Below, one piece after another: positions 18,305 through 29,047 of a DNA stretch of 64,000 nt. How positions within the stretch are numbered: position 1 is the first letter of the stretch; every line of letters begins with the position of its first letter. The stretch is from contig CAVVCZ010000005.1 of NCBI GenBank assembly GCA_963746845.1, forward strand, positions 224,001 to 288,000. The letters run 5' to 3'. Origin of the DNA: an uncultured Chloroflexia bacterium. Lineage in GTDB: Bacteria; Chloroflexota; Limnocylindria; Limnocylindrales; CSP1-4. Made by a program: the position numbers and the translations under genes. Under the pieces are notes generated by a model. The model searched no databases. It was not told the DNA's origin and saw only the letters and a program-made list of their open reading frames with translations.

Positions 18305-18733
18305 TCAGTGCGGGACGTTGGGCTCCAGGTCGCGCAGGCGCATCGCCATCGACTCGAGGACGCTCAGCCGGATCGACGGGAACTCGTCCATCAGCGAGTG
18401 GAACTCGCGGTGGCCGAGGACGAGGAGCCGGCACGGGGTCGCCGTCGTCGCCGTCGCGGTCCTGGGTCGATCCGTCACGAGGGCGATGTCGCCGACGAAC
18501 TCTCCCGGGCCCATGATCCGGATCATCTGGCCGCCCTTGTCGATCCGCACCTGGCCCTCGACGATCACGAAGAACTCGTGCCCGACGTCGCCCTCGCGCA
18601 TCAGGACATGGTCGGCCTTGAGATCGACCTCGTCGGCGAGCCGCCCGACCTCCTCGAGGTCCTTCCGACTCAGGCCGGCCAGCAGCGGGGTCCGCTTGAG
18701 AAGCTCGAGCTTCTCGTCGGTGTGCGTCGCCAT
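18305..18733 (-). CDS. Stand-alone cyclic-nucleotide-binding domain protein
   Basis: [30 protein letters not shown]; SD GAGAGG before ATG 18733. Confidence 0.88.
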   Translation of the reverse strand: MATHTDEKLELLKRTPLLAGLSRKDLEEVGRLADEVDLKADHVLMREGDVGHEFFVIVEGQVRIDKGGQMIRIMGPGEFVGDIALVTDRPRTATATTATPCRLLVLGHREFHSLMDEFPSIRLSVLESMAMRLRDLEPNVPH

Positions 18734-18882
18734 CACCCTCTCCAACGTGGCGGCACGGTCGGCCGATCCGTCCGGGCAGCATAGCGGCGCATCCGGTCGG
18801 GGGGAAGGGCGATCCGCAGGGCTCGCCGAGCGCGGCCTACACTGACGGTCGTTCGCCCGCTCGCCTGCCGGAGACGTCTTCG

Positions 18883-20691
18883 ATGCCCGACCCGACGCCC
18901 CCCCACGATCGTCCGTCCGACCCCGCGAAGCGCCACTCGGCTGCCCTGACCGACGGCCCGGACCGCGCCGGGGCGCGGAGCATGCTCAAGGCGATCGGCT
19001 TCACCGACGAGGACCTCGCGAAGCCGATCGTCGGCGTCGGGACGAGCTGGATCGAGACGATGCCCTGCAACTACAACCATCGCCGCCTGGCGGAGGCGGT
19101 GAAGGCAGGCATCCGGGCGGCCGGCGGGACGCCGATGGAGTTCACCACGATCTCGGTCAGCGACGGCGTCTCGATGGGCACCGAGGGGATGAAGGCGTCC
19201 CTGGTGAGCCGCGAGCTCGTCGCCGATTCGATCGAGCTCGTCGCGCGCGGACATCTCTTCGACGGCGTGGTCTGCATCTTCGGCTGCGACAAGACCGGGC
19301 CCGGCGCGGCGATGGCCATGGGCCGGCTGGACATCCCCGGCCTCGCGCTCTACTCCGGCACGATCTATCCGGGGATCCGGACGGCGGCCGACGGCTCCGC
19401 GATCCGCGATGCCACGGTCGTCAACGTATACGAGGCGATCGGCGCGTACCGGGCCGGGAAGATCACGCTCGACGACCTGTACGACATCGAGGCGGCCGCC
19501 TGCCCGGGGCCGGGCGCCTGCGGCGGGCAGTTCACCGCGAACACGATGAGCATGGTCATGGAGGTCCTCGGGCTGTCGCCCGCCGGGCTCAACGACATCC
19601 CCGCCGAGGACGCCGCGAAGGACGACGCGGCACGGCGCTGTGGCGAGCTGGTCATGCGGCTCGTCCGCGCCGACACCCGGCCGTCGGCGTTCGTCACCCG
19701 TCGCTCGATCGACAATGCGATCGCGGCCGTGGCGGCCACCGGCGGCTCGACGAACGCGGTGCTGCACCTCCTCGCCATTGCCCACGAATACGGCATCCCC
19801 CTCGAGATCGACGCGTTCGGCGAGATCGCCGACCGGACGCCGATCGTGGCCGACCTCCAGCCCGGCGGGCGGTACACCGCCACGCACCTGTACGAGGCGG
19901 GCGGGCTCGCCCTCGTCACCCGCGAGCTGGTCGCGGGCGGACGGATCGACGGCGCGGCCCCGAACGTCGACGGCCGAACCACCGCCGAGATCGCGGCCGG
20001 CGCCCGGGCGACGGAGGGCCAGGACGTCGTCGTCCCCATCGACCGTCCGATCAAGGCGACCGGCGGGCTGGCGATCCTGCGCGGCTCCCTGGCCCCGGAC
20101 GGCTGCGTCGTCAAGCTCGCCGGGCACGAGCGCCGGCTCCACCGCGGGCCGGCCCGCGTCTTCGACTCCGAGGCGGACTGCTACGCCGCGGTCCGCGACC
20201 GGCGGATCGTGCCGGGCGACGTTGTCGTCATCCGGTACGAGGGTCCGGTGGGTGGACCCGGGATGCAGGAGATGCTGAGCGTCACCGCGGCCCTCACCGG
20301 CGAGGGCCTCGGCGATACGGTCGCGCTCATCACCGACGGCCGCTTCTCGGGCGGCACCCACGGGCTGATGATCGGGCACATCGCACCGGAGGCCGCGCTG
20401 GGCGGGCCGATCGGGCTCGTCGAGGAAGGCGATCCGATCGTCATCGACGTCGACGCCCGCCGGCTCGACCTCGACGTGCCGGCCGAGGTCCTCGAGGAGC
20501 GACGAGGCCGCTGGACGGCGCCCGCGCCGCGCTACACCGGCGGTGTTCTCGCGAAGTACGCGGCCCTCGTGTCGTCCGCGTCCGAGGGCGCCGTGACGAC
20601 CGGCCGGCGCATGGCCGCCGGGCTGGACCGGAGTGGCCCGGACCACGGGGCAACCGTCTCGTCGATGGACACGCTCGTCTCGGCGGGATGA
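18883..20691 (+). CDS. ilvD: Dihydroxy-acid dehydratase
   Basis: [52 protein letters not shown]. Confidence 0.96.
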   Translation: MPDPTPPHDRPSDPAKRHSAALTDGPDRAGARSMLKAIGFTDEDLAKPIVGVGTSWIETMPCNYNHRRLAEAVKAGIRAAGGTPMEFTTISVSDGVSMGTEGMKASLVSRELVADSIELVARGHLFDGVVCIFGCDKTGPGAAMAMGRLDIPGLALYSGTIYPGIRTAADGSAIRDATVVNVYEAIGAYRAGKITLDDLYDIEAAACPGPGACGGQFTANTMSMVMEVLGLSPAGLNDIPAEDAAKDDAARRCGELVMRLVRADTRPSAFVTRRSIDNAIAAVAATGGSTNAVLHLLAIAHEYGIPLEIDAFGEIADRTPIVADLQPGGRYTATHLYEAGGLALVTRELVAGGRIDGAAPNVDGRTTAEIAAGARATEGQDVVVPIDRPIKATGGLAILRGSLAPDGCVVKLAGHERRLHRGPARVFDSEADCYAAVRDRRIVPGDVVVIRYEGPVGGPGMQEMLSVTAALTGEGLGDTVALITDGRFSGGTHGLMIGHIAPEAALGGPIGLVEEGDPIVIDVDARRLDLDVPAEVLEERRGRWTAPAPRYTGGVLAKYAALVSSASEGAVTTGRRMAAGLDRSGPDHGATVSSMDTLVSAG

Positions 20692-21587
20692 CGGTCCGGA
20701 TCGGGTTCAAGACCTCGCCGCAGGACGTCGACTGGGCCACCCTCGATGCGACGTGGCGTCGGGCGGGCGAATGGTCGTCCGACGGGGGCCGGGGGTTCGA
20801 CAGCGGGTGGCTGAACGACCACCTCACGAACATGAACGCCGAGGTGCCCGGCGCGAGCCTGGAGGCGCTGACCCTGCTGGCGACGCTTGCCCATCACGTG
20901 CCGGGCGTCATCGTCGGGCATGGGGTGCTGTCGAACACGTTCCGCCAGCCGGTCGTGCTCGCCAAGGCCGCCGTCGTCCTGGACCACGCCACGGCCGGCC
21001 ACTTCGTCCTGGGGCTCGGCGCCGGATGGTTCGAGGCGGAGCACGAGCCGTTCGGCCTCGACCTCCCGCCGATCGGGCAGCGGATCGACCGCCTCGTCTC
21101 CGCGGTCGAGACGCTCCTGGCGCTGTGGTCGACCGCGGCGGCCGCCCCGCCCGGCGTGACCCGGGACGACCCGTTCTACCCGCTCCGCGACGCGGTCAAC
21201 GCCCCGCCGCCGCGAACCCCCGGCGGTCCGCCGATCTACCTGGGCGGCCAGGGTCCGCGCGGAATCCGCCTCGCCGCGCGGACGGCCGCGGGCTGGCTCC
21301 AGCCGGGCAACCAGGCCGGCGACATCGCGTACCTGATCGCGAAGCGGGACGCGCTGCACGCGGCCCTGGAGGCGGAGGGCCGGGACCCGGCCGGGTTCGA
21401 CATCGTCGGCCAGGTCGTGACCGGGACGACCGGCGCGAGCCGGCGGGCGGCCGTCGAGGCGGCGACCGGGATGGTCGCCGCGGGTGCGACCCACATCATC
21501 CTCGGCATGCCGCCGAGCCTCGGACCGGCGGGGCTGGACGACGTCGTGGCGGACTGCCTCGTCCCGCTCCGCGACGCCACCGGCTGA
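20688..21587 (+). CDS. LLM-class flavin/F420-dependent oxidoreductase
   Basis: [35 protein letters not shown]; ATGA overlap with ilvD. Confidence 0.85.
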   Translation: MTVRIGFKTSPQDVDWATLDATWRRAGEWSSDGGRGFDSGWLNDHLTNMNAEVPGASLEALTLLATLAHHVPGVIVGHGVLSNTFRQPVVLAKAAVVLDHATAGHFVLGLGAGWFEAEHEPFGLDLPPIGQRIDRLVSAVETLLALWSTAAAAPPGVTRDDPFYPLRDAVNAPPPRTPGGPPIYLGGQGPRGIRLAARTAAGWLQPGNQAGDIAYLIAKRDALHAALEAEGRDPAGFDIVGQVVTGTTGASRRAAVEAATGMVAAGATHIILGMPPSLGPAGLDDVVADCLVPLRDATG

Positions 21588-21621
21588 TGCGCGGATCAAT
21601 CGGCGCGGCGATGATGTGGCC

Positions 21622-21969
21622 GTGAGCAGCCCGCGCACCGCCGAGCCCACGACTGTCGACGCGCCGCTCCCGGCGGGCGAGGCTCCATTCGCCCCGGACG
21701 GCTCGGACCGGGCGGTGGCGGACCCGTCGGTCCCGGCCGATCCCTCCGCCTACGACACGGAGCGGAACCTGGCCGCGCGTCGTCGCGGCCTGTCCACGCC
21801 GTACATCCCGGGCGGTCGCGACCCGGACCAGGAGCGGGCCGAGCGCGAGGACCGGCGGTACCTCCGGATCCTTCTCGTCATGGTGATCGCGATCGTGGCC
21901 GCGGGGTTCATCCTCGGGATCCTCGCCGAGGTCGCCGGGCTGACCAGCCTCGTCGGGAACCCGGGCTGA
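21622..21969 (+). CDS. Hypothetical protein with C-terminal TM helix
   Basis: ARRRGLSTPYIPGGRDP then hydrophobic ILLVMVIAIVAAGFILGIL; start uncertain. Confidence 0.65.
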   Translation: MSSPRTAEPTTVDAPLPAGEAPFAPDGSDRAVADPSVPADPSAYDTERNLAARRRGLSTPYIPGGRDPDQERAEREDRRYLRILLVMVIAIVAAGFILGILAEVAGLTSLVGNPG

Positions 21970-21971
21970 CG

Positions 21972-23405
21972 ATGGGGGCCGGCGGACCGCTGCCCTCGGC
22001 GGCGCTCGCGCCGGGCACGCTCGAACGGGCCGGCGACGAGCTGGTCGAGACCCTCCGGTCCCTGATCCGGATCCGGTCGATCAACCCGCCGCCGGACGAC
22101 GCCCCGAACGGGGAGCGCGAGGCCGCCGAATGGATCGCGGCCGCCCTGACGGACGCCGGCCTCCGGCCCGAGGTGCTCGAGGTCGTGCCGGGGCGCGGGT
22201 CCGTCATCGCCCGGCTGCGGGGCGACGGGACCGGCGGCGAGCCGCTGCTGCTCCTCGGCCACCTCGACGTCGTGCCCGCGCCGCCGGACGGCTGGACCCA
22301 CGACCCGTTCGGCGGTGACGTGGCCGGCGGCTACATCTGGGGTCGCGGCGCGGTCGACATGAAGGACCTCGTCGCGATGGAGCTGACGGTCGTCCGGATG
22401 CTCGCCGCCGAGGCACGCGCTGCCGGGCGCGACCCCGGCGAGGACCCGGTCCCGGGCCTCACCCGCGACGTGATCTTCGCCAGCACCGCCGACGAGGAGG
22501 CCGGCGGCCTGTCCGGGATCGGCTGGATCGTCGCCGAGCGGCCCGAGCTCCTCGAGGCGGCGGTCGCGATCAACGAGTCCGGCGCCGTGGCCACGGCGTT
22601 CGGTGGCCGCCGGTTCTATCCGATCGGCGTCGCCGAGAAGGGCTACGCGACGTACCGGCTCACCGTCCACGGCGCGTGGGGACATGGCTCGATGCCGCGC
22701 GACGACAACGCGGCCGTCCGGGCCGGGATCGCGGTCTCGCGCCTCGCGGTCCAGGGGCCGCCCCGACCCACCGCCGTCATGCAGACGTTTCTGCGCGGCG
22801 TCGCGGACCATGTCGATGCCGACGCGGCGCGGCTGCTGCGCGCCCTCGCGAGCGAGGATCCGCGGGCCGGCGAGGCCGCCCTCGACGCCCTGTGCGACCC
22901 GATGCAGGCCCGGGTCGTCCGGGCGCTCCTCCGGGACACGGTCAGCCCGACGATCATCCACGCCGGGGTGAAGTACAACGTCATTCCGGGCGAAGCCGCG
23001 GTCGAGATCGACTGCCGGGTCCTGCCGGGCACGACGGAGGAGGACATGCGCGAGACGGTGATCGGCCGCCTCGGCGACCTGGCGCCGTTCGTCGACGTCG
23101 ACCTGTTCATCCACGCTCCGCCCGTCGACGCCCCCGTCGAGAGCCCGTTCTATCGCCTGCTCGAGCAGACGGTGGTCGACCACGATCCGGACGGCATCCC
23201 GCTGCCGTTCATGGTCCCGTTCGCGACCGACGCGAAGCACACGGCGGCGCTGGGCATCCCGACCTACGGCTTCTCTCCGCTCCGGCTGGAGCCCGAGGAG
23301 CGGTTCCTCGAGCGGTTCCACGGGGTGGACGAGCGGGTCGGGGTCGAGGCGCTGCGGTGGGGCCTGCCCGTCCTCTACGACGTCGTTCGCCGCTTCTGCG
23401 GCTGA
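21972..23405 (+). CDS. M20/M25/M40 family metallo-hydrolase
   Basis: GHLDVVP, GRGAVDMK, DEEAGG, GHGS, FHGVDER. Confidence 0.92.
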   Translation: MGAGGPLPSAALAPGTLERAGDELVETLRSLIRIRSINPPPDDAPNGEREAAEWIAAALTDAGLRPEVLEVVPGRGSVIARLRGDGTGGEPLLLLGHLDVVPAPPDGWTHDPFGGDVAGGYIWGRGAVDMKDLVAMELTVVRMLAAEARAAGRDPGEDPVPGLTRDVIFASTADEEAGGLSGIGWIVAERPELLEAAVAINESGAVATAFGGRRFYPIGVAEKGYATYRLTVHGAWGHGSMPRDDNAAVRAGIAVSRLAVQGPPRPTAVMQTFLRGVADHVDADAARLLRALASEDPRAGEAALDALCDPMQARVVRALLRDTVSPTIIHAGVKYNVIPGEAAVEIDCRVLPGTTEEDMRETVIGRLGDLAPFVDVDLFIHAPPVDAPVESPFYRLLEQTVVDHDPDGIPLPFMVPFATDAKHTAALGIPTYGFSPLRLEPEERFLERFHGVDERVGVEALRWGLPVLYDVVRRFCG

Positions 23406-23407
23406 GG

Positions 23408-23626
23408 TCAGGACGCCGCTTCATCTCCCGGAGCCGGCTGGCCGTCGGTCGAGACCACGACCTGCTCGTCGCAGCTCTTGCAGCGGAAGATGGTGCCGCG
23501 CAGCCACGACCGCTCCGGGTCGACCTCCGCCGAATCGTGCGGCGACAGCTCCAGTCGCGACCACGAGCCGTCGGAATGCCGATGCTCGAGATGGAGCTGT
23601 GCCGAGATGTCCGCCCACCGGTCCAT
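23408..23626 (-). CDS. Small putative zinc-binding protein
   Basis: SD GGAGG; HRH...FRCKSCDE (HxH + CxxC); 14 nt downstream of MarR gene. Confidence 0.7.
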   Translation of the reverse strand: MDRWADISAQLHLEHRHSDGSWSRLELSPHDSAEVDPERSWLRGTIFRCKSCDEQVVVSTDGQPAPGDEAAS

Positions 23627-23639
23627 GGGTCCTCCGTCG

Positions 23640-24221
23640 CTATTCCGCTCGGGTCTTGATCAGCCGGCCGCGCCGGGAGATGGCATGGGTGGCGAGCGCG
23701 GCGACCCCCATCGCGATGAGGGCGCGCTCGGCGGTCGGCATCGGGCGGACCGCCGAGAGGAACTGGTCCGCGCGGGCCCGATCCACGACCCGGAGCAGGG
23801 CGGCGCCGCGCGGCGTCAGCTGGAGGGTCCGCTGGCGCCGGTCCTCCTCCTCGACTCGCCGCTCGACGAGCCGCCGCCGGACGAGGCCGTCGACGAGCCG
23901 GCTCGTGGCGGATGGGGATCGGTTGATCACCTCGGCCAGGTCGCCGACCGTCATCGTGCCGGAGTCGGCGAGGACATAGAGGGCCGCGAGCTGGGTGAAC
24001 CCGAGCCGCATCTCCCCGAGCTGCGATGCGAAGCCGATGACGAGCTCCCGCCACAACGCCCGGCCCATGGCGACCCGCTCGGAGATCTGGCGGACGTTCG
24101 AGATCCGGGTCCCGGCCGCGAGAACCGTCGCCGACAGGTCCGCCTCGTAGCGGCGGGCGATCGTCCGCGCAGGAGGCGGCGGACCGACGCGACGGGCGCC
24201 GCTCTTCGTCTCGACGGTCAT
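23640..24221 (-). CDS. MarR family transcriptional regulator
   Basis: TVGDLAEVINRSPSATSRLVDGLVRRRLVER, EDRR, LTPRG. Confidence 0.88.
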   Translation of the reverse strand: MTVETKSGARRVGPPPPARTIARRYEADLSATVLAAGTRISNVRQISERVAMGRALWRELVIGFASQLGEMRLGFTQLAALYVLADSGTMTVGDLAEVINRSPSATSRLVDGLVRRRLVERRVEEEDRRQRTLQLTPRGAALLRVVDRARADQFLSAVRPMPTAERALIAMGVAALATHAISRRGRLIKTRAE

Positions 24222-24337
24222 CGCTCGGGCATCGCATGGATCGACATGGGACCCCGAGCATAGCCCGACGGCGCGTCTTGCGTGCAACTTCGCACAGGCC
24301 GGCCCGCGTGAACGGGGAATCGGCCGCTAGGCTGCGG

Positions 24338-25309
24338 ATGATGACCACCACTGCCTTCGTCTTCCCCGGCCAGGGCTCGCAGGCGGTCGGCATGGGGGAG
24401 GCCCTCGTCGCGGCGTCCCCGGCCGCGGCCGACGTCTTCGCCCGGGCGGATGCCGCGCTCGGCGAGCCGATCAGCCGCGTCGCCTTCGCGGGACCCGCCG
24501 AGCTCCTCGACCGGACCGAGAACGCCCAGCCGGCCCTGCTCGCGACCTCGATCGCGTACCTCGCCGCCCTCCGGGAACGCTCGTCCGGATCCGGTGCGGA
24601 GACCCTTGCCCCGGCGTTCGCGGCCGGCCACTCGATGGGCCAGTACTCCGCCCTCGTCGCCGCCGAGGTGATCTCCATCGATGACGGGGTGCGGCTCGTC
24701 CGCGAGCGCGGCCGGCTGATGCAGGCGTCGGGCGCCGGCCGGGACGGTGCGATGGCCGCGATCATCGGCCTCGACGACGATCGACTGCCCGAGCTCGTCC
24801 GGCGGGCCGCCGTCCACGGGATCTTCGGTGTCGCCAACCGGAACTCACCCGGGCAGGTCGTGGTCAGCGGCGAGCGAAGCGCGATCGACGCGTCGGTCGA
24901 GATCGCGAAGGAGCTGGGTGCCCGGAAGGTCGTCGTGCTCCCGGTCTCGGTCGCGGCCCACTCCCCGCTGATGGCGGAGGCCGCCGAGGGCATGCGCCGG
25001 GCGATCGTCGACGTCGACTTCCACGATCCCGCGGTTCCCCTGCTCGCGAACGCCGACGCCCGGCCGATCACGACGGCCGCCGGCGCCCGCGCCGAGCTCG
25101 TCGACCATCTGACCGCCGGGGTCGACTGGGTCGCCGCCGTGGAGCGGATGACCGCCGCCGGCGTCACGACGTTCCTCGAGGTCGGGCCGGGCCGGGTCCT
25201 GACCGGCCTGATCAAGCGGATCGCCCCGGACGCCGAGGCCCTGCCGCTCGACGATCCCACCGCCCCGGACCGCCTCGCCGTGCCGTTCGCGGCAACGGCT
25301 CCTGCCTGA
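24338..25309 (+). CDS. fabD: Malonyl-CoA:ACP transacylase
   Basis: FPGQGSQ, TENAQPAL, GHSMG, AAHSPLM, EVGPGRVL; start 24338 or 24341. Confidence 0.93.
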   Translation: MMTTTAFVFPGQGSQAVGMGEALVAASPAAADVFARADAALGEPISRVAFAGPAELLDRTENAQPALLATSIAYLAALRERSSGSGAETLAPAFAAGHSMGQYSALVAAEVISIDDGVRLVRERGRLMQASGAGRDGAMAAIIGLDDDRLPELVRRAAVHGIFGVANRNSPGQVVVSGERSAIDASVEIAKELGARKVVVLPVSVAAHSPLMAEAAEGMRRAIVDVDFHDPAVPLLANADARPITTAAGARAELVDHLTAGVDWVAAVERMTAAGVTTFLEVGPGRVLTGLIKRIAPDAEALPLDDPTAPDRLAVPFAATAPA

Positions 25310-25346
25310 CCCCGTCCCGACTCGCGAGAAAGGAAGTTCCCCGAGC

Positions 25347-26621
25347 GTGCGCAAACCCGATTACGACCGACGCGTCGTCGTCACCGGTCTGGGTGTGATC
25401 AGCCCGGTGGGCAACGACGTCCAGACCGCCTGGGGAAACCTGGTCCGCGGTCATTCCGGCCTCCGAGAGATCACGAAGTTCGACGTCTCCGGCTACGAAG
25501 CGAAGGCGGCAGGCGAGGTCGAGGGCTTCGATCCCACCCAGTGGATGGACCCCAAGGCAGTCCGCCGGAGCGAGAGCGCGATGTGGTTCGGGGTCGCCGC
25601 CGGCAAACAGGCCCTGGCCAATTCCGGCTTCGAGATCACGGACGCGAACCGCGAGGACGTCGGCGTAGTCTTCGGCTCTGGAGCCGGCGGCCAGCAGCTG
25701 ATGATCGACGCGTGGGTGAGCCTGCACGAGAAGGGCCCCCGGAGCGTGCAGCCGACCTTCATCGCGAACGCACTGGTCGACTCGACGTCGGGGATGATCG
25801 CGATCGAGACAGGGGCGATCGGCCACAACGTGTGCATCGTGTCCGCGTGTGCCACGGGCACCCACAGCGTCTCCGAGGGCGCCGAGGCGATCCGTCGCGG
25901 CGACTGCATCGCGGTGATCTCGGGATCGACCGAGGCGCCGCTTCTCGAGACCGCCCACGCCGGCTTCACCAACATGCGGGGCATGGGGATGCCGCGCCCG
26001 GGCGAGCCGCTCGCCACCGTCTCCCGGCCGTTCGACAAGACCCGCGATGGGTTCGTGCTGGGCGAGGGCGCCGGCGGCCTCTTCCTCGAGGACCTCGAGC
26101 TGGCCAAGGCCCGTGGCGCCAAGATCTACGCGGAGGTCGTGGGCTACGGCTCCGCGGCCGACGGCTGGGACATGATCCAGCCGATCGCCAACGGGACGGG
26201 CTCCGCACGCGCGATGAAGATGGCGCTCGATCGGCGCGGGGTGCCGGCCGACGAGGTCGACCTGATCAACCCGCACGGGACGTCCACGCCCCTCGGCGAC
26301 CGGCGCGAAGCCGAGGCGATCTGGACGGTGTTCGGCGAGCGGGTTGCCCGTGACCGTCACTCGCTGGCGATCAGCGGCACGAAGTCGATGACCGGCCACA
26401 TGATGGGCGCCGCCGGGGCGTTCGAGGCCTTCGCGACCGTGATGTCCGTCGCCGAGCAGTGCGTCCCGCCGACGATCAACTACCGCGACTTCGACCCCGA
26501 ATGCGACCTGTGGGTCGTCACCGAGCCCACGCCGATGCCCGTTCGATACGCCTTGTCCAACAACATCGGCCTTGGCGGCCACAACGGCGCGGTCATCTTC
26601 AAGCGTTATGACGGCGATTGA
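25347..26621 (+). CDS. fabF: Beta-ketoacyl-ACP synthase II, copy 1
   Basis: VVVTGLG, SACATG, PFDKTRDGFV, PHGTST, GHMMGAAG, GLGGHN. Confidence 0.9.
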   Translation: MRKPDYDRRVVVTGLGVISPVGNDVQTAWGNLVRGHSGLREITKFDVSGYEAKAAGEVEGFDPTQWMDPKAVRRSESAMWFGVAAGKQALANSGFEITDANREDVGVVFGSGAGGQQLMIDAWVSLHEKGPRSVQPTFIANALVDSTSGMIAIETGAIGHNVCIVSACATGTHSVSEGAEAIRRGDCIAVISGSTEAPLLETAHAGFTNMRGMGMPRPGEPLATVSRPFDKTRDGFVLGEGAGGLFLEDLELAKARGAKIYAEVVGYGSAADGWDMIQPIANGTGSARAMKMALDRRGVPADEVDLINPHGTSTPLGDRREAEAIWTVFGERVARDRHSLAISGTKSMTGHMMGAAGAFEAFATVMSVAEQCVPPTINYRDFDPECDLWVVTEPTPMPVRYALSNNIGLGGHNGAVIFKRYDGD

Positions 26622-26627
26622 ACGGCT

Positions 26628-26742
26628 GTCGCGCCTGCGCACGCCATCGCCGCGTTGGCCGCTGCGCTCCTCGCTCACGGGCGTTTGAGCCCGCTCGCTC
26701 CGGTGCTCCCGGCCGCCTTGCGCTGACGCACCCATCCGCGAC
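26628..26742. repeat. Long imperfect palindromic intergenic element (ERIC-like architecture)
   Basis: GTCGCG...CGCGAC ends; internal GCGTTGGCCGC / GCTCAC-GGGC..GCCC-GCTC / CTCCC..GCCGCCTT order resembles ERIC-type repeats (recalled similarity, not aligned). Confidence 0.45.
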
Positions 26743-26796
26743 GAACGCAGTCGCGTCCTTACAATCCGTCCGAGCCTGATGCCCTGAGGTTGCCCG

Positions 26797-28062
26797 TTGC
26801 CTGAGACAGACCCCGCTCATCGTGCCGTCGTGACCGGTCTCGGTTGCGTCATGCCGATCGGGAACGACTTCCCGACGTACTGGTCGAACCTCGTGGCCGG
26901 CGTCACCGGGACCCGCCGGATCCAGAGCTTCGACCCGTCGGCGTTCGAGGTCCAGATCGCGGCCGAGGTGCTCGACTTCGACCCGACGTCGGCGATGGAC
27001 CCGAAGATGGCCCGCCGGATGACGCGGTTCATCCACTTCGCGATGGCCGCCGGCAAGGAGGCGGTCGCCGACAGCGGCATCGACTTCGCCGCGATGAGCC
27101 AGGAGCAGCGGGATCGGGTCGGCGTCGTCGTCAACACCGGCGGCGGCGGGATCGAGGCGATCATCGACGGGACCCATGTCCACGACACGAAGGGGCCGCG
27201 ATTCGTCTCGGCCTTCGCGATCCCGGCGCTGTCGGGCTCGATGGGCGCGGCGCTCCTGTCGATGGAGTACGGCCTCACGGGCCCCGTGATGACCCAGGTC
27301 GCCGCCTGCGCGACGTCCGTCATCGCGTTTCACGACGCGCTCCGGCTGATCCGGACCGGCGAGTGCGACGTCGTCCTGGCCGGCGGCTCCGAGGCCCCGG
27401 TCGTCCCGATGGGCGTCGCCGCCCTCGCGAACATGGGCGCCCTGTCGCGCCGGAACGACGACCCGGCGACGGCCTCGCGCCCGTTCGACCGCAGCCGCGA
27501 CGGCTTCGTCCTGGGTGAAGGTGGCGGCGTTGTGATCGTCGAGTCGCTGGCCCACGCCGAGGCGCGTGGCGCGAACCCGATCGCGGAGATCCTCGGCGGC
27601 GCGCTGACGGCCGATGCGTTCCACATCAGCGCCCCGGAGCCGACAGGTCGCGGCCAGGCGCGGGCGATGGCGAACGCGCTCCGGAACGCCGAGGTCACGA
27701 CGGACGAGATCGACTACATCGTTGCCCATGGGACGGCGACGCCGCTCAACGACGTGACCGAGACGCGGGCGATCAAGACGGCCTACGGCGCACACGCGTA
27801 CAAGGTCGCGATCAGCTCGCCGAAGTCGATGATCGGGCACCTCGTCGGCGCCGCGGGTATCGCGTCCGCCCTCGCGGGGCTGGGCGCGATCCGCGACCAG
27901 GTGATCCCGCCGACGGCGAACCTCCGGACCCCCGATCCCGAGTGCGACCTCGACTACGTCCCGCTCGTCGCCCGCAAGGCGAAGATCGACACGGTCGCCA
28001 TCAACGGCTTCGGGTTCGGCGGTCAGAACGCCGTCGCGATCTTCCGGCGCCTCGGCGCCTGA
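26797..28062 (+). CDS. fabF: Beta-ketoacyl-ACP synthase II, copy 2
   Basis: AACATS, PFDRSRDGFV, AHGTAT, GHLVGAAG, NGFGFGGQN; TTG start. Confidence 0.9.
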   Translation: MPETDPAHRAVVTGLGCVMPIGNDFPTYWSNLVAGVTGTRRIQSFDPSAFEVQIAAEVLDFDPTSAMDPKMARRMTRFIHFAMAAGKEAVADSGIDFAAMSQEQRDRVGVVVNTGGGGIEAIIDGTHVHDTKGPRFVSAFAIPALSGSMGAALLSMEYGLTGPVMTQVAACATSVIAFHDALRLIRTGECDVVLAGGSEAPVVPMGVAALANMGALSRRNDDPATASRPFDRSRDGFVLGEGGGVVIVESLAHAEARGANPIAEILGGALTADAFHISAPEPTGRGQARAMANALRNAEVTTDEIDYIVAHGTATPLNDVTETRAIKTAYGAHAYKVAISSPKSMIGHLVGAAGIASALAGLGAIRDQVIPPTANLRTPDPECDLDYVPLVARKAKIDTVAINGFGFGGQNAVAIFRRLGA

Positions 28063-28095
28063 GCCGGCCCCGACCAGCGTTTCGACCGTCGGCCG

Positions 28096-29034
28096 CTACG
28101 CGCCGCCGGTCCGATCGCGGAGGTACGAGACCACCCGCGGGTCGATCCAGCCAGGGCCGGCCGTGCGCTCCTCGAGGTTCTCGACGGACATCCAGTCGAC
28201 GAGGGCCCGCTGCCAGGCGTCGTCCCAGCCGTCGGGCAGGGGCCGCGGGTCTCCGATCGCGGGCCGCTCGTCGACCGGCGCCTCGCCGGACATCCGCACG
28301 TACACCGTGCTCAGCGCCCCGCCCGGCCCGACGCCCATCGAGCCGAGACGGCGCCGGAGCTCGGCCGCTAAGGTCGCGTCCAGCGGCACGAGGTCGTCCG
28401 CGGCGGGTCGCTCGAAGTACAGGCGATGGAGCGCCAGGACCCGCCCGAGCTCCCCGATCGGGTCGGCGTGGTCCTCGACGTGGAGGTCGATCCAGCGGTC
28501 GTTGCCGCCGCCGTAGCCGCCGCCGGCCCGGACGACGAGGAGTGCCGCGGACTGCCGCCCTCGTCGGTCGCCACCGGCCGCATCGGCGGCCGCGAGACAC
28601 GCGACGAGCAGCTCCGGGAACGGCCGGCCACCCGCCTCGTACGTGTCCGCAAGCCCGTCGACGACGCCGGGGCCGGCGAGGATGTTGCCCTGGGCGGTGA
28701 ACCCCTCCCCCGCCCGCCCGCCGGCCCACGCGAAGCAGCCCGGCCCGGTATGGCTCGCCGGCCGCCCGGCGGCATCGACCACGCCGACCTGGCGCTCGTC
28801 GGCAAACGGGTCGGCCGCCATCAGCCGCGCGAGCGCGTCCGGTGCGGACGCGCCTTCCGCCAGCGCTGCCAGCAGGTCGGGTCCGTGGGCGGTGTTCGCG
28901 AACGCCTGGGTCGCGACCGCGCCGACGTCCGCCCGCGCCCAGGGCACGACGGCGCCGACCGCGAGGAACTTCGACTGGACGGCGACAGCCAGGTCGCCGG
29001 TCGCGGGGTCGCGGGCGACGATCGAGAACGTCAT
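28096..29034 (-). CDS. DUF1028 family protein (Ntn-hydrolase-like)
   Basis: MTFSIVARD, AVQSKFLAVG, VATQA, QGNIL, GGDRRGRQSAAL. Confidence 0.88.
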   Translation of the reverse strand: MTFSIVARDPATGDLAVAVQSKFLAVGAVVPWARADVGAVATQAFANTAHGPDLLAALAEGASAPDALARLMAADPFADERQVGVVDAAGRPASHTGPGCFAWAGGRAGEGFTAQGNILAGPGVVDGLADTYEAGGRPFPELLVACLAAADAAGGDRRGRQSAALLVVRAGGGYGGGNDRWIDLHVEDHADPIGELGRVLALHRLYFERPAADDLVPLDATLAAELRRRLGSMGVGPGGALSTVYVRMSGEAPVDERPAIGDPRPLPDGWDDAWQRALVDWMSVENLEERTAGPGWIDPRVVSYLRDRTGGA

Positions 29035-29047
29035 CGGGCGCCCCTGG

